From an uncultured Candidatus Saccharibacteria bacterium (GTDB lineage Bacteria > Patescibacteriota > CALEFQ01), in NCBI GenBank assembly GCA_965230955.1, contig OZ246404.1, positions 289,184 to 353,183 on the forward strand: a DNA stretch of 64,000 nt, in the 5' to 3' direction. Shown in pieces: positions 54,807-63,596 of this stretch. The notes beneath the pieces were generated by a model. It searched no databases, had not been told where the DNA came from, and worked only from the letters and a program-made list of their open reading frames with translations. Made by a program: the position numbers and the translations under genes. Every line of letters begins with the position of its first letter. Within the stretch, counting starts at the first letter, position 1.

Positions 54807-54861
54807 AAAAGATATTAAGACGTTAAGAAAATTAAGATATTAAGATATAATTTTAAGTAGC
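54806..54861. repeat. TTAAGAT-type heptamer tandem repeats
   Basis: AAAAAGATATTAAGACGTTAAGAAAATTAAGATATTAAGATATAATTTTAAG. Confidence 0.5.
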
Positions 54862-54864
54862 ATC

Positions 54865-55185
54865 ATGATTATAAAGAAATTAGATAAGCCGGATCGTATT
54901 ATTGCCCCGCCGGTGTCGAGATATCTCAAGTCGCGTTTCCAGATATTGGCTCCGGGCGAGGAAGTCGGGGAACACGTGACCGATCAGCGGGAAGAAATAA
55001 TCATAATCCTGAAAGGAGTCGCGACTATCGTGGAAAAGGGTCAGCCTCAGGTCTTGGCTTCGGGACACGCGGTCTACTTGCCTTCCGGCGTCCGGCACAA
55101 TGTCCGCAACGACGGGACAGAGCCGTTGCACTATGTTTATGTGGTGGCGTTGTTTGATGGCGAGGATCATCACCACCATCACTAA
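54865..55185 (+). CDS. Cupin-domain protein ending in a native penta-histidine tail
   Basis: Cupin-like core (GEEVGEHVTDQREEIIIILKG...HNVRNDGTEPL) and C-terminus DGEDHHHHH encoded by CATCACCACCATCAC. Confidence 0.5.
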   Translation: MIIKKLDKPDRIIAPPVSRYLKSRFQILAPGEEVGEHVTDQREEIIIILKGVATIVEKGQPQVLASGHAVYLPSGVRHNVRNDGTEPLHYVYVVALFDGEDHHHHH

Positions 55186-55244
55186 GTCAAAAGTAAAAAG
55201 TAAAAAGTTCTGAACTTTTGACTTTTGACCTTTGACTTTTGACT
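55186..55244. repeat. Heptamer (GTCAAAA/GTAAAAA) palindromic element
   Basis: AGTCAAAAGTAAAAAGTAAAAAGT-tctgaa-CTTTTGACTTTTGACCTTTGACTTTTGACTT. Confidence 0.6.
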
Positions 55245-55252
55245 TAAAATTT

Positions 55253-55762
55253 ATGCCTCTCCTACCCAAATTCCAAAAATTTCTCGATGCCAACAAGGCT
55301 AAGTATGAAATTTTGGCGCACAAGAAAGTTTTTACCACTTATGACACGGCGCAGACTTTGCACGTGGATCTCAAGAGTGTCGCCAAAACACTGTTCGTCA
55401 AAACCGACAGTGATTATGTTTTCGTGATTTTGCCAGGCACCAAGCGATTCGACCAAACCAAGCTGAAAAAGCTGATCAATGATACTCGGAAAAAAGAAGC
55501 CAAGAAAGCCGGCGCGAAGCCGAAATTGGTCAAAAAAGTTGAGCTGACCAGAGAAGCGGCCATCAAGAAAATGGTGACCAAGAAAGTCGGCGCGCTGGTA
55601 CCCTTCGGGCATCTCTATGATCTGCAGACTTTTTACGATAAAGGGCTGGACAATGCCAAGAAGCTGATTCTCAATGCCGGCTCTTTCACGGATTCCGTGA
55701 TGATGACCCCGAAAGAATATTTGAGATTGGAGAAAGCGGTGGCGGGGAGATTCTCGAAATAG
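55253..55762 (+). CDS. YbaK/ProX-like aminoacyl-tRNA deacylase domain protein with a Lys-rich insert
   Basis: HKKVFTTYDTAQTLHVDLKSVAKTLFVK and the C-terminal deacylase-like fold; start chosen at the ATG after the repeat. Confidence 0.45.
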   Translation: MPLLPKFQKFLDANKAKYEILAHKKVFTTYDTAQTLHVDLKSVAKTLFVKTDSDYVFVILPGTKRFDQTKLKKLINDTRKKEAKKAGAKPKLVKKVELTREAAIKKMVTKKVGALVPFGHLYDLQTFYDKGLDNAKKLILNAGSFTDSVMMTPKEYLRLEKAVAGRFSK

Positions 55763-55780
55763 ATTTAAAAACATAAAATC

Positions 55781-55800
55781 CCTGCCTGCCGGCAGGCAGG
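55781..55800. terminator. Perfect GC palindrome CCTGCCTGCCGGCAGGCAGG after the ybaK-like gene
   Basis: Read directly. Confidence 0.5.
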
Positions 55801-55896
55801 TAAAAGAAATTTAAAGGCAAGAGCTTAAAGCATGACCCTTTAGATTTTAAGCTTTGAATTTCTTTTAAACTTTTCGTCTTTTAGCTTTAGATTTTC

Positions 55897-56592
55897 ATGT
55901 ACAAGGTTCAACTCGCTCAATTTACCGGTCCGCTCGATTTACTCCTGCAGCTGATCGAGAAAGAAGAAATGGACATCACGACTGTCAGCCTGGCCAAGGT
56001 GGCGGATCAGTATTTGGATTACATGAATCAGATTGAAAACTTGAGCCCGCGGGATATCGCCGAATTTTTAGAGGTGGCGGCGCGCCTGATCTTGATCAAG
56101 TCCAAAGCGCTTTTGCCTCAGCTGGAATTCAGCGATGATGAAGAATTAAGCGCCGAGGAATTGGCCCTGCGTCTGCAGGAATACAAAAAGTTCAAGCAAG
56201 CCGGGCTGGGATTACGCCGGCTTTTGGATCGGAAGCATTATTCTTTCGGCCGGCAGATTTATCTGGAGGAAGAAAAAGTATTCAGCCCCCCGCCGGACTT
56301 GACGACGCAGACTTTGCGCGAAACTTTTGCCGCTGTTTTGGGCGCGGTGCCCCAGATGGATTATTTGGAAGAAGAGGTAATGGTTGACGTCGTGTCGCTG
56401 GAGGATAAAATAGACCATATCCGTAGTACTCTGACGGAGAAATTAAATACCCATTTTCATAAGTTGCATGATTCCAAGTCCAAGATGGAAATTATCGTTA
56501 CTTTCCTGGCTATGCTAGAATTGATGAAACAGCGAATCATTGACGTGAACCAGGATCAGATTTTCGGCGCGATTGAGTTGAAAAAGATATAA
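55897..56592 (+). CDS. scpA: Segregation and condensation protein A
   Basis: MYKVQLAQFTGPLDLLLQLIEKEEMDITTVSLAKVADQYL. Confidence 0.8.
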   Translation: MYKVQLAQFTGPLDLLLQLIEKEEMDITTVSLAKVADQYLDYMNQIENLSPRDIAEFLEVAARLILIKSKALLPQLEFSDDEELSAEELALRLQEYKKFKQAGLGLRRLLDRKHYSFGRQIYLEEEKVFSPPPDLTTQTLRETFAAVLGAVPQMDYLEEEVMVDVVSLEDKIDHIRSTLTEKLNTHFHKLHDSKSKMEIIVTFLAMLELMKQRIIDVNQDQIFGAIELKKI

Positions 56593-56632
56593 AAGATATT
56601 AAGAGTATTAAGATATTAAGAAAGTTAAGAGT
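56590..56632. repeat. TTAAGAT-type heptamer tandem repeats between scpA and scpB
   Basis: AAAAGATATTAAGAGTATTAAGATATTAAGAAAGTTAAGAGTT. Confidence 0.5.
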
Positions 56633-56645
56633 TTGATGGTAAATT

Positions 56646-57338
56646 ATGGCTAGTTTGAAGCAAAAAGTTGAAGCTTTGTTGTTTGTCGCCGGGCGGCCGG
56701 TGGCGCTGTCTGATTTGATTAAATTTACGCAAGCCGACGAGGCGGCGGTGAGCGCGGCCGTGGATGAATTGGGGCGCGATTACCAGGCCAGCGAACGGGG
56801 AATTCAATTGATGAGAAATGCCGGTGAAGTTCAGCTGGTTTCTCACGGCGAAACGCGGTCAGTGACCGAGCCTTTTCTGAAAGAAGATATCGAGGGCAAT
56901 CTTTCCCGTTCGGCGCTAGAAACTCTTTCGATTATCGCCTACCGCCAGCCGATTACCAGGCCCGAGATTGATTTCATTCGCGGGGTAAACAGTACTATTA
57001 TGCTGCGCAATTTGTTGATGCGCGGGTTGGTGGATCGCAAGCGATCGGGCAAAGACGCTCGTATGTTTGAATACGTGATAAGTTTTGATTTGCTGAAAAT
57101 GCTGGGTATTTCCAAAATCCAGGATTTACCGGAGTTCGTGGCCCTCAATCAGAGCCAATCGATGAAATTGATCGAGAAAAATATGAAAGTGACTGAGGCG
57201 GACGACGTCGAATCGGCGGACAAATCGGTTCAGGAAAATGTCGAAGCGCCGGCCAAAGAAGAAAATGAACCTGCGCCGGAAAAAAATACTTCGGTCTCAA
57301 TTCCGGTGAAAATCGTGAAAGAAAACCCTACTGAATAG
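56646..57338 (+). CDS. scpB: Segregation and condensation protein B with an acidic C-terminal extension
   Basis: Tandem winged-helix ScpB motifs (LEALLFVAGRPV, LETLSIIAYRQPITRPEIDFIRG). Confidence 0.8.
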   Translation: MASLKQKVEALLFVAGRPVALSDLIKFTQADEAAVSAAVDELGRDYQASERGIQLMRNAGEVQLVSHGETRSVTEPFLKEDIEGNLSRSALETLSIIAYRQPITRPEIDFIRGVNSTIMLRNLLMRGLVDRKRSGKDARMFEYVISFDLLKMLGISKIQDLPEFVALNQSQSMKLIEKNMKVTEADDVESADKSVQENVEAPAKEENEPAPEKNTSVSIPVKIVKENPTE

Positions 57339-57434
57339 CGCAAAAAAGTTCTCAAATAGAAAAATTTCGGTGTAATTAGATAAATGATTAAAATTTTTTC
57401 TATCGTTTGATTTTTAGCAAAATAAAACAAAAAT

Positions 57435-58607
57435 ATGGACAACCCAAACCAACCAAAGCCTGTGCACAAAACCAACTGGATGGTCATCATTCTGTTGATT
57501 ATTATCTGTGCTGTCGTGGCGTTAGGTATTTGGTGGTGGCAGCAGGAAACGACCAGAGTGGCGCAATTGGAGTGGCAGCTAGGGCAGTTGCAATCTAACT
57601 CAGACTGGGAAGTCTACAGTAATCCTGATCTAGGTTTTTCCTTGCGACATCCGGTGGCGGCCAAGCTCACGCACGAAACAAATCTGTTCTCCGGTGGTTT
57701 GGTTTCGTTTTCGGGCTCGGGTCTGTCATTCGACGTTACTACCCTGGTGGCCAATAACAAATCTTTAGCCGACTATTCATACCTGGATACGGCAGTTTCC
57801 TCCGAAACGACATTGGGTGATAGCCCGGCTCTAGTATTCAAATCAGCCACGGGATTTTGCGGTACCGGTAGCTGTGGCCTGCCTTTTGTGGCTATCTCCA
57901 CCAAACACGGCGACTATTTTTATAATTTGATTTTTTCCGGTGACGCGGTCTGGGATGAGACCGAGCGCGAAATAGCCAATTCCTTCACTTTTGTCAGCCA
58001 ACCGACGGTGATAGCGACTCCGACTCCGACTCCAACCCCGACTGCGACGGCGAATGAATATGCCGGCTGGAAAACATATACCGATGAAAAATTAAAAATA
58101 GAATTTAAATATCCCGCGGACTGGAAAGGAATTGAAGAGGAAGCTCGAAAATGCGATAATCCCGCGGCCGCGACCGGATCGGACCCGTGCGAGCATATAA
58201 ATTTATTAGTAACGGCTTTCAAAAACCTGCAAGCTTATATGGCGGGACCGAGCATCGCTTCGGCCAAGAGCGTGCTTTATGAGAAATATCCGGTTGGTCG
58301 GGGCGGGTATTGGGGCGATGAGGTCAATAAAATCACCGATCTCAATTCGGTAAAAAATTATTGCGCCAAGATCGGCGGTACGAAATGCCGCGTATACCAA
58401 AATACTAACGGCGTTACCATTGCCCGCAGTGTTGAGCAGAATTGCAGCGAAGCCGGATGCAGTGGTGAAATTGTCATGTACTATGTAAAACTGAATAATG
58501 ACATTTTCCCGGCGATGGTTTTTTCCACCGCCGCCTTGAAAGATACGGGGGTAGTTGATTTGGAAGTAGATATGGACAAACTAGTCAACAGCTTGAAATT
58601 TATATAA
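57435..58607 (+). CDS. Membrane-anchored secreted protein with PT linker, unknown function (paralog 1)
   Basis: N-terminus MDNPNQPKPVHKTNWMVIILLIIICAVVALGIWWW is near-identical to the next gene; PTPTPTPTPTAT linker. Confidence 0.5.
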   Translation: MDNPNQPKPVHKTNWMVIILLIIICAVVALGIWWWQQETTRVAQLEWQLGQLQSNSDWEVYSNPDLGFSLRHPVAAKLTHETNLFSGGLVSFSGSGLSFDVTTLVANNKSLADYSYLDTAVSSETTLGDSPALVFKSATGFCGTGSCGLPFVAISTKHGDYFYNLIFSGDAVWDETEREIANSFTFVSQPTVIATPTPTPTPTATANEYAGWKTYTDEKLKIEFKYPADWKGIEEEARKCDNPAAATGSDPCEHINLLVTAFKNLQAYMAGPSIASAKSVLYEKYPVGRGGYWGDEVNKITDLNSVKNYCAKIGGTKCRVYQNTNGVTIARSVEQNCSEAGCSGEIVMYYVKLNNDIFPAMVFSTAALKDTGVVDLEVDMDKLVNSLKFI

Positions 58608-58622
58608 TTTAAGTCGAAACCT

Positions 58623-59369
58623 ATGGACAACTCTAATCAACCTAAGCCAGCTCACAAAACCAACTGGATGGTCATTGTTCTATTGATCGTGATCGTTGGC
58701 ATTGTTGGCGTAGGTATTTATTGGTGGGTACTTGATACCGCCAAGATCAATGACTTAAAATATGAATTGGCTCAAAAAGGAATTTCAGTGACCGCTACGC
58801 CGACTGCGACTGTTACGCCGACGGCTACGACTACTGTTACTCCAACCGCGACGGCAGCTGATCCATATGCCGGCTGGAGAACTTATCGGAATGATTATTA
58901 CGGATTCGAAGTAAGATACCCCAAAGAATGGCAAGTTTCCAATCCGAAAACCTCTGTTATGAGTACTAAAAAAGATGAATTCATCGATCAGCCGCATGAC
59001 GGGATTTTGACTGTTTTTGCTGGTCCGGGTAATTTTGATTTTCATATCACCACCCAAAAAACAAACGAACCTTTCTCGATTGGACCAACTGGCATCGGCT
59101 GGATCCGGACGGAGGCGGGGAACAAGGTGTCTTTTTCCGGAACAGAAGCGCAAAAGTACTACCAAATCTACTACACCGAAGAAAACAAGCATAGCAGTTT
59201 CCATTATACAAAGATCGGGCAGAAAGATAGTCTGATGTTTACTATCGGTGATCGCGAATACATATTGGCTTGTACGCGCAAGAGCGGTCAGGAATATCTT
59301 AATTCAGTGGTGGATCAAAAAACCGAGGATACGGTTGATAAGATGGTGGAATCTTTTCGGCTAATCTAG
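58623..59369 (+). CDS. Membrane-anchored secreted protein with PT linker, unknown function (paralog 2)
   Basis: N-terminus MDNSNQPKPAHKTNWMVIVLLIVIVGIVGVGIYWW; TATPTATVTPTATTTVTPTAT linker. Confidence 0.5.
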   Translation: MDNSNQPKPAHKTNWMVIVLLIVIVGIVGVGIYWWVLDTAKINDLKYELAQKGISVTATPTATVTPTATTTVTPTATAADPYAGWRTYRNDYYGFEVRYPKEWQVSNPKTSVMSTKKDEFIDQPHDGILTVFAGPGNFDFHITTQKTNEPFSIGPTGIGWIRTEAGNKVSFSGTEAQKYYQIYYTEENKHSSFHYTKIGQKDSLMFTIGDREYILACTRKSGQEYLNSVVDQKTEDTVDKMVESFRLI

Positions 59370-59388
59370 GCGAATAAGTCATTATCAA

Positions 59389-59454
59389 AAATTCCCCTCA
59401 CACTCAGGATTTGGAATGACCTTTCCGTGCCTGAGTGTGGGGGGAATTTTTTTG
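59389..59454. repeat. Hairpin element of the CCCCACACTCAGG family (copy 4)
   Basis: AAAATTCCCCTCACACTCAGG-ATTTGGAATGACCTTTCCGTG-CCTGAGTGTGGGGGGAATTTTT; the loop is conserved with copy 1. Confidence 0.6.
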
Positions 59455-59486
59455 ACAAAAAATTGGTTTTGTGTTAAGTTTGCCTT

Positions 59487-59546
59487 AATTCCCCTTCGTC
59501 CCGCGAGGCGGGACTTCGGCCTACGGCCGACAAAGGTCGGGGAATT
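59487..59546 (+). ncRNA. Candidate structured leader RNA (multi-stem) upstream of the D-Ala-D-Ala carboxypeptidase gene
   Basis: Outer stem AATTCCCC/GGGGAATT encloses hairpins GTCCCGC-gag-GCGGGAC and GGCC-tac-GGCC. Secondary structure is inferred from sequence only. Confidence 0.25.
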
Positions 59547-59598
59547 TACGTTCCGGAGAGTTTTGCTCTACGAATAATCTTAGCTGCTGGGAACTTCA

Positions 59599-60552
59599 AT
59601 GTTTAGCCAAATCGCCACAATTTTCTTTGTCTTAGTTTCGCAACTGGGCATTTCCGCTTCGGCCAAGGATGTTTTGGCGTCAGCGCTACAGAGTTACACT
59701 CCGCAAAAAGAATATGTTATGGCCCAGACCGATGGTTTGCAAGATAGCCAAGTGGCTTCGGAAGTGATCAGTACTCTGTCGCCCTTACCAGGCAAAATCG
59801 GGTCGGAAGCCACGATTTTCGTTGACGCCCGTTCGGCGATCGTACTGGATTCCGCCACCAAGGAAGTGCTGTTTGAATCCGACGCGCACAAGGAAATGGC
59901 CATGGCCTCGATCACCAAGTTGATGACGGCCTTGCTGGTGATCGAAAAAGGCAATTTAAATGATGTCGTGACCGTGACCCAGGAAGATGTCATTGAAACC
60001 GGCTCGGATATTGATTTGCGAAGCGGCGAACAAGTTCGGCTCGGCGATTTGCTCCGGGCCACCTTGATCAAATCGGCTAACGACGCGGCTTATACGATGG
60101 CGCATCATGTCGGCGGGACGACGGAAGATTTTGTCAAAATGATGAATCAAAAAGCTGAAGAACTGGGGCTGAAAGAGACTCACTATATGAATCCTCACGG
60201 TTTTGATGAAGTCGGCCACCATTCCAGCGCTTATGATATTTCCTTGCTGATGTCGCATGCCATGGAAAACAAGACTTTTAGCGATATCATGAAAATGAAA
60301 GAATGCGATGTGGCTATTCTTAATTCTGACCGGATATCCCACGTCTCCACGACGAACGAATTGTTGAAGAGCGATGATCCGCTGATCGAGGGCGGAAAAA
60401 CCGGTTTTACCGATGAAGCGGGAGAGGCGGTCGTGCTTGCGGCCAAAAATCCGGCCGGACATCGGATTATCACCGTGATTCTCAATAGCCCACGCCGTTT
60501 TGCCGAAGGAAAAAAATTGATCGATTTTGTATATGAGAAGTACCAATGGTAG
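59599..60552 (+). CDS. dacA: D-alanyl-D-alanine carboxypeptidase (PBP5/DacA-like, S11)
   Basis: SxxK (SITKLMT), SxN (KSAND), KTG (GKTGFT). Confidence 0.75.
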   Translation: MFSQIATIFFVLVSQLGISASAKDVLASALQSYTPQKEYVMAQTDGLQDSQVASEVISTLSPLPGKIGSEATIFVDARSAIVLDSATKEVLFESDAHKEMAMASITKLMTALLVIEKGNLNDVVTVTQEDVIETGSDIDLRSGEQVRLGDLLRATLIKSANDAAYTMAHHVGGTTEDFVKMMNQKAEELGLKETHYMNPHGFDEVGHHSSAYDISLLMSHAMENKTFSDIMKMKECDVAILNSDRISHVSTTNELLKSDDPLIEGGKTGFTDEAGEAVVLAAKNPAGHRIITVILNSPRRFAEGKKLIDFVYEKYQW

Positions 60553-60600
60553 AAATAAGTCAAAAGTCAAAGGTCAAAAGTGAAGACGTTGAAGATAATA

Positions 60601-60632
60601 AAAAAGCGCGGCGGAAGGTCGCGCTTTTGTGA
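60601..60632. terminator. Rho-independent terminator AAAAGCGCG-gcggaaggt-CGCGCTTTT
   Basis: Lies between convergent genes; the stem is flanked by A and T runs. Confidence 0.65.
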
Positions 60633-60649
60633 TTGATCTGGAGACAGAG

Positions 60650-61060
60650 CTAATTACTTTTCTGTCCAAAATCTGGATGTTGAGATAGAAAAGTATCCAG
60701 AGTGTTTTTGTCGGTAAACATGATCAGGTTACAATCATCATGCCCTTCGATAGTTCTGCCGTAATCGCTTTTAGCGAGCCAGATGGTATCAAAAGGCTGG
60801 GGCCATTTGTCACCGGCCAAAAGTGATCGGGATTCGTTCCAGCTGATAATTTCCACTTTCTTGAGAAGTTGGCTTGATTGTGGCAATATCAGCAATTGAG
60901 GCGAATCACCTTTGGGGGAGTAAGAAATGTTTAGAATCTTAATCTCCTGTACTTCCCATAAGGGTGCAGCCTCCGCCCGCAAGCTGATGTAAACCACGCC
61001 GGCAACGAAAAAAAGGGCAATGGTTAGGGCAATGCTAAAGGGATGTTTTATTACTGCCAT
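60650..61060 (-). CDS. Secreted/membrane-anchored hypothetical protein
   Basis: N-terminal TM/signal peptide; no motif. Confidence 0.4.
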   Translation of the reverse strand: MAVIKHPFSIALTIALFFVAGVVYISLRAEAAPLWEVQEIKILNISYSPKGDSPQLLILPQSSQLLKKVEIISWNESRSLLAGDKWPQPFDTIWLAKSDYGRTIEGHDDCNLIMFTDKNTLDTFLSQHPDFGQKSN

Positions 61061-61264
61061 AAAGACCTCCTTTGTTAGCAGTCAATGAGAAAACTAGGGC
61101 TAAATTAACAATTATTCAGGGGCCGGTCAAGTAGTTTTTCCATTAGACAAGGGGCGTTTCTTATGGTAATTTATAAGTAGCTAAAACTGTGCAAAACTGG
61201 TGTTTTTGGTTAATTATCTTAGTTAGTTTTGCATTATGAATTTTGAATTCTGAATTATCTTCTT

Positions 61265-62308
61265 ATGCTTGAACTCTTTGAATTCCAAGATCCGGAGAAG
61301 GTGAATAACCTGATCTTTGTATTGGCAATGTCGATCGGGTCTTTTGGTTTGGCTATGGCTCTGACCCCGTTGTTGACTCATTTTTTGTACAAATACAAAT
61401 TTTGGAAAGTCCAACAGAAAAAATCGGAAGTGACGGGAGAACAAACTCCGATTATTCAAAAACTTCACGCTCAAAAACACCAGCGTAATCTGCCGACCAT
61501 GGCCGGAGTGCTGATTGTTTTTGTGGTGATTGCGCTTACTTTGGTTTTCAATCTCGATCGTTCGCAGACATTTTTGCCCCTGTTTGCGATCGGCAGTTTC
61601 GCCGTGATTGGGATTATCAACGATTATATCAATGTTCGCCGGATTGGCGCCTCGGCCGGTATCAGTTCGCGTTTGAAATGGATTTTACTTCTGGCTTTGG
61701 CCGCAGGTTGCGCCTGGTGGTTTTACTATAAACTGGGTTGGAGCACCATTCATATCCCAGCTTGGGGCGATTTGGAAATCGGTTGGTGGTATTTCCCGCT
61801 GTTCATGCTCGTCATTGTTTCTACCGCCAATGCGGTCAATATTACCGATGGTTTGGATGGTTTGGCCGGCGGGTTGACTTCGATGGCTTTCGGCGCTTTT
61901 GGTGCGATTGCTTTTGCCCGAGGACAGATCGGTCTGGCGGTTTTTTGCGCCACGGTTATGGGAGCGCTATTGGCCTATACTTGGTTCAATATTTATCCGG
62001 CGCGTTTCATCATGGGCGATACCGGCTCACTGGCGCTGGGAGCGACGCTGGGCGTGGTGGCCATGCTGACTAATTCGGTTTTGATTTTACCGATCATCGG
62101 TTTTGTTTTCGTGATTGATACCGGGTCTTCCTTACTCCAGTTATCTTCGAAAAAACTTTTCAAGCGGAAGATTTGGCCGATCGCGCCGCTACATCATTAT
62201 TTTGAATACAAGGGCTGGCCGGAGACCAAGGTGACGATGCGCTTCTGGGTGATCGGGGCGATTTTCGCCATCATCGGCCTGGCGATTGGGTTGATTGGCA
62301 GGGGGTAA
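61265..62308 (+). CDS. mraY: Phospho-N-acetylmuramoyl-pentapeptide transferase
   Basis: HAQKHQRNLPTMAG (KxxTPTMGG-like), NAVNITDGLDGLAGG, ten TM helices. Confidence 0.75.
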   Translation: MLELFEFQDPEKVNNLIFVLAMSIGSFGLAMALTPLLTHFLYKYKFWKVQQKKSEVTGEQTPIIQKLHAQKHQRNLPTMAGVLIVFVVIALTLVFNLDRSQTFLPLFAIGSFAVIGIINDYINVRRIGASAGISSRLKWILLLALAAGCAWWFYYKLGWSTIHIPAWGDLEIGWWYFPLFMLVIVSTANAVNITDGLDGLAGGLTSMAFGAFGAIAFARGQIGLAVFCATVMGALLAYTWFNIYPARFIMGDTGSLALGATLGVVAMLTNSVLILPIIGFVFVIDTGSSLLQLSSKKLFKRKIWPIAPLHHYFEYKGWPETKVTMRFWVIGAIFAIIGLAIGLIGRG

Positions 62309-62376
62309 GTAACAAGTAACAAGTAACAAATAGGAATATATCTATTTTTGTTACTTTTTACCTGATACCTGTTAAT
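62306..62376. repeat. Heptamer (GTAACAA) palindromic element starting at the mraY stop codon
   Basis: GTAAGTAACAAGTAACAAGTAACAAAT...TTTGTTACTTTTTACCTGATACCTGTTAAT. Confidence 0.6.
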
Positions 62377-62383
62377 TGTTTCC

Positions 62384-63517
62384 ATGTTTCTCAAAAAAGA
62401 TAAAAAAGAGCCGCCAAAGTATTATGTCTGGATTCTCCTGGGGATTATTGTGTTTGGCCTGATCCTTTGGGTTTGGCAATGGTGGCAAGCTCGCTTGCCG
62501 GAGGATCCGAAAAAGGCCGTGGCGGAAGTGACGGCCAAAATGGATAAGATCAAATCGGTCGACCTGCAAATCACCCATGTCTTATCCGCTCCGGATAGTG
62601 AAGCGGTCGAGGTTAGCGCGCAGGTTGAGCTGAAGCTTCCCGATGAATATCAAGGAAAAATGAAAATCACCGGTCCTGATTCATTTCTGAAAGATTTGCC
62701 GTTTTCGGCCGAGCGTGATTTCGCGCGAATTCAGCACAAAGAGTATACCCGGGATCAGGGCCAGGCCGACTGGGTTGATCAGTCGGTTGATCCGGATTAT
62801 GTCCCATTTTTGAAAATTGAACCGTTGTCATTCCTGAATTTTTCTTTGGACAACGCCGACATTGCTCGGGAAAAAGACGAAACAATCGCGGGCACAAATT
62901 ATGCCGTGTATTCTTTCGGCTATTCTCGGGAAAAATTGGCGGAAGCTCTCAAGCCTTTCTCTCTTTTGATTGATGAAATTCCGGCGGAGGCGGAAGTCCG
63001 CGGGCAAATTTGGTTTAATCCCAAAACTAGATTGCTCTACCAACAAAAAGTGTCGGTGCTATTGCCGGGGCTGGGCGGAGAAGAAGCCACGACGGTTTTT
63101 TCGGATTATGACGGAATGGTGATGATAACTCCTATGGATAAAGTCGTGTCGGCGACGCCGGCTGATTCCGGGCAAACCAACCAGGAAGGCAGTCAAGAGC
63201 GCGAGGAGCGCAATCAGAAACGGCAGGTCGATTTATTGGCAATCAAAGCCGCGCTGGAAAAAATCTACGATGACGAGCATGTTTACCCCGAATCGGCCGA
63301 ATCGGCTAACATCGGCGATGATCAGTCGGAAGTTCATCAGAAACTTTTGAAATACTTAAAAGAAGTGCCGGCCGATCCCCAGTCGCCGAAATATTATTAC
63401 GCCTATAAATGCACCGGGGGAGAACAATTCGAGCTGACCGGTATTCAGGAAAGCGAGGCCGGCAGTCCTAAAGTCATCATGCTGACTCAGGGGTTTGATT
63501 ATTTTAAAGATAAGTAA
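62384..63517 (+). CDS. Membrane-anchored secreted hypothetical protein
   Basis: N-terminal TM; no recognisable domain. Confidence 0.45.
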   Translation: MFLKKDKKEPPKYYVWILLGIIVFGLILWVWQWWQARLPEDPKKAVAEVTAKMDKIKSVDLQITHVLSAPDSEAVEVSAQVELKLPDEYQGKMKITGPDSFLKDLPFSAERDFARIQHKEYTRDQGQADWVDQSVDPDYVPFLKIEPLSFLNFSLDNADIAREKDETIAGTNYAVYSFGYSREKLAEALKPFSLLIDEIPAEAEVRGQIWFNPKTRLLYQQKVSVLLPGLGGEEATTVFSDYDGMVMITPMDKVVSATPADSGQTNQEGSQEREERNQKRQVDLLAIKAALEKIYDDEHVYPESAESANIGDDQSEVHQKLLKYLKEVPADPQSPKYYYAYKCTGGEQFELTGIQESEAGSPKVIMLTQGFDYFKDK

Positions 63518-63588
63518 CAAGTAACAGGTAACAAGTAACAAATTGGAAAAACAGCCATTTTGTTACCTGTTACTTGTTAACTGTTAAT
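63512..63588. repeat. Heptamer (GTAACAA/GTAACAG) palindromic element starting at the stop codon
   Basis: TAAGTAACAAGTAACAGGTAACAAGTAACAAATT...TTTGTTACCTGTTACTTGTTAACTGTTAAT. Confidence 0.6.
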
Positions 63589-63596
63589 TGAATCAT

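Noticed and set aside
55141-55185. His-tag or vector contamination at the cupin C-terminus
   Set aside because: Mixed CAT/CAC codons, five His rather than six, and native flanking sequence on both sides, so it is a genuine genomic feature.
50951-63588. Heptamer repeat arrays as possible CRISPR arrays
   Set aside because: Units are 7 nt and lack spacers. Arrays are palindromic and only 20-35 nt per arm. No cas genes are present.
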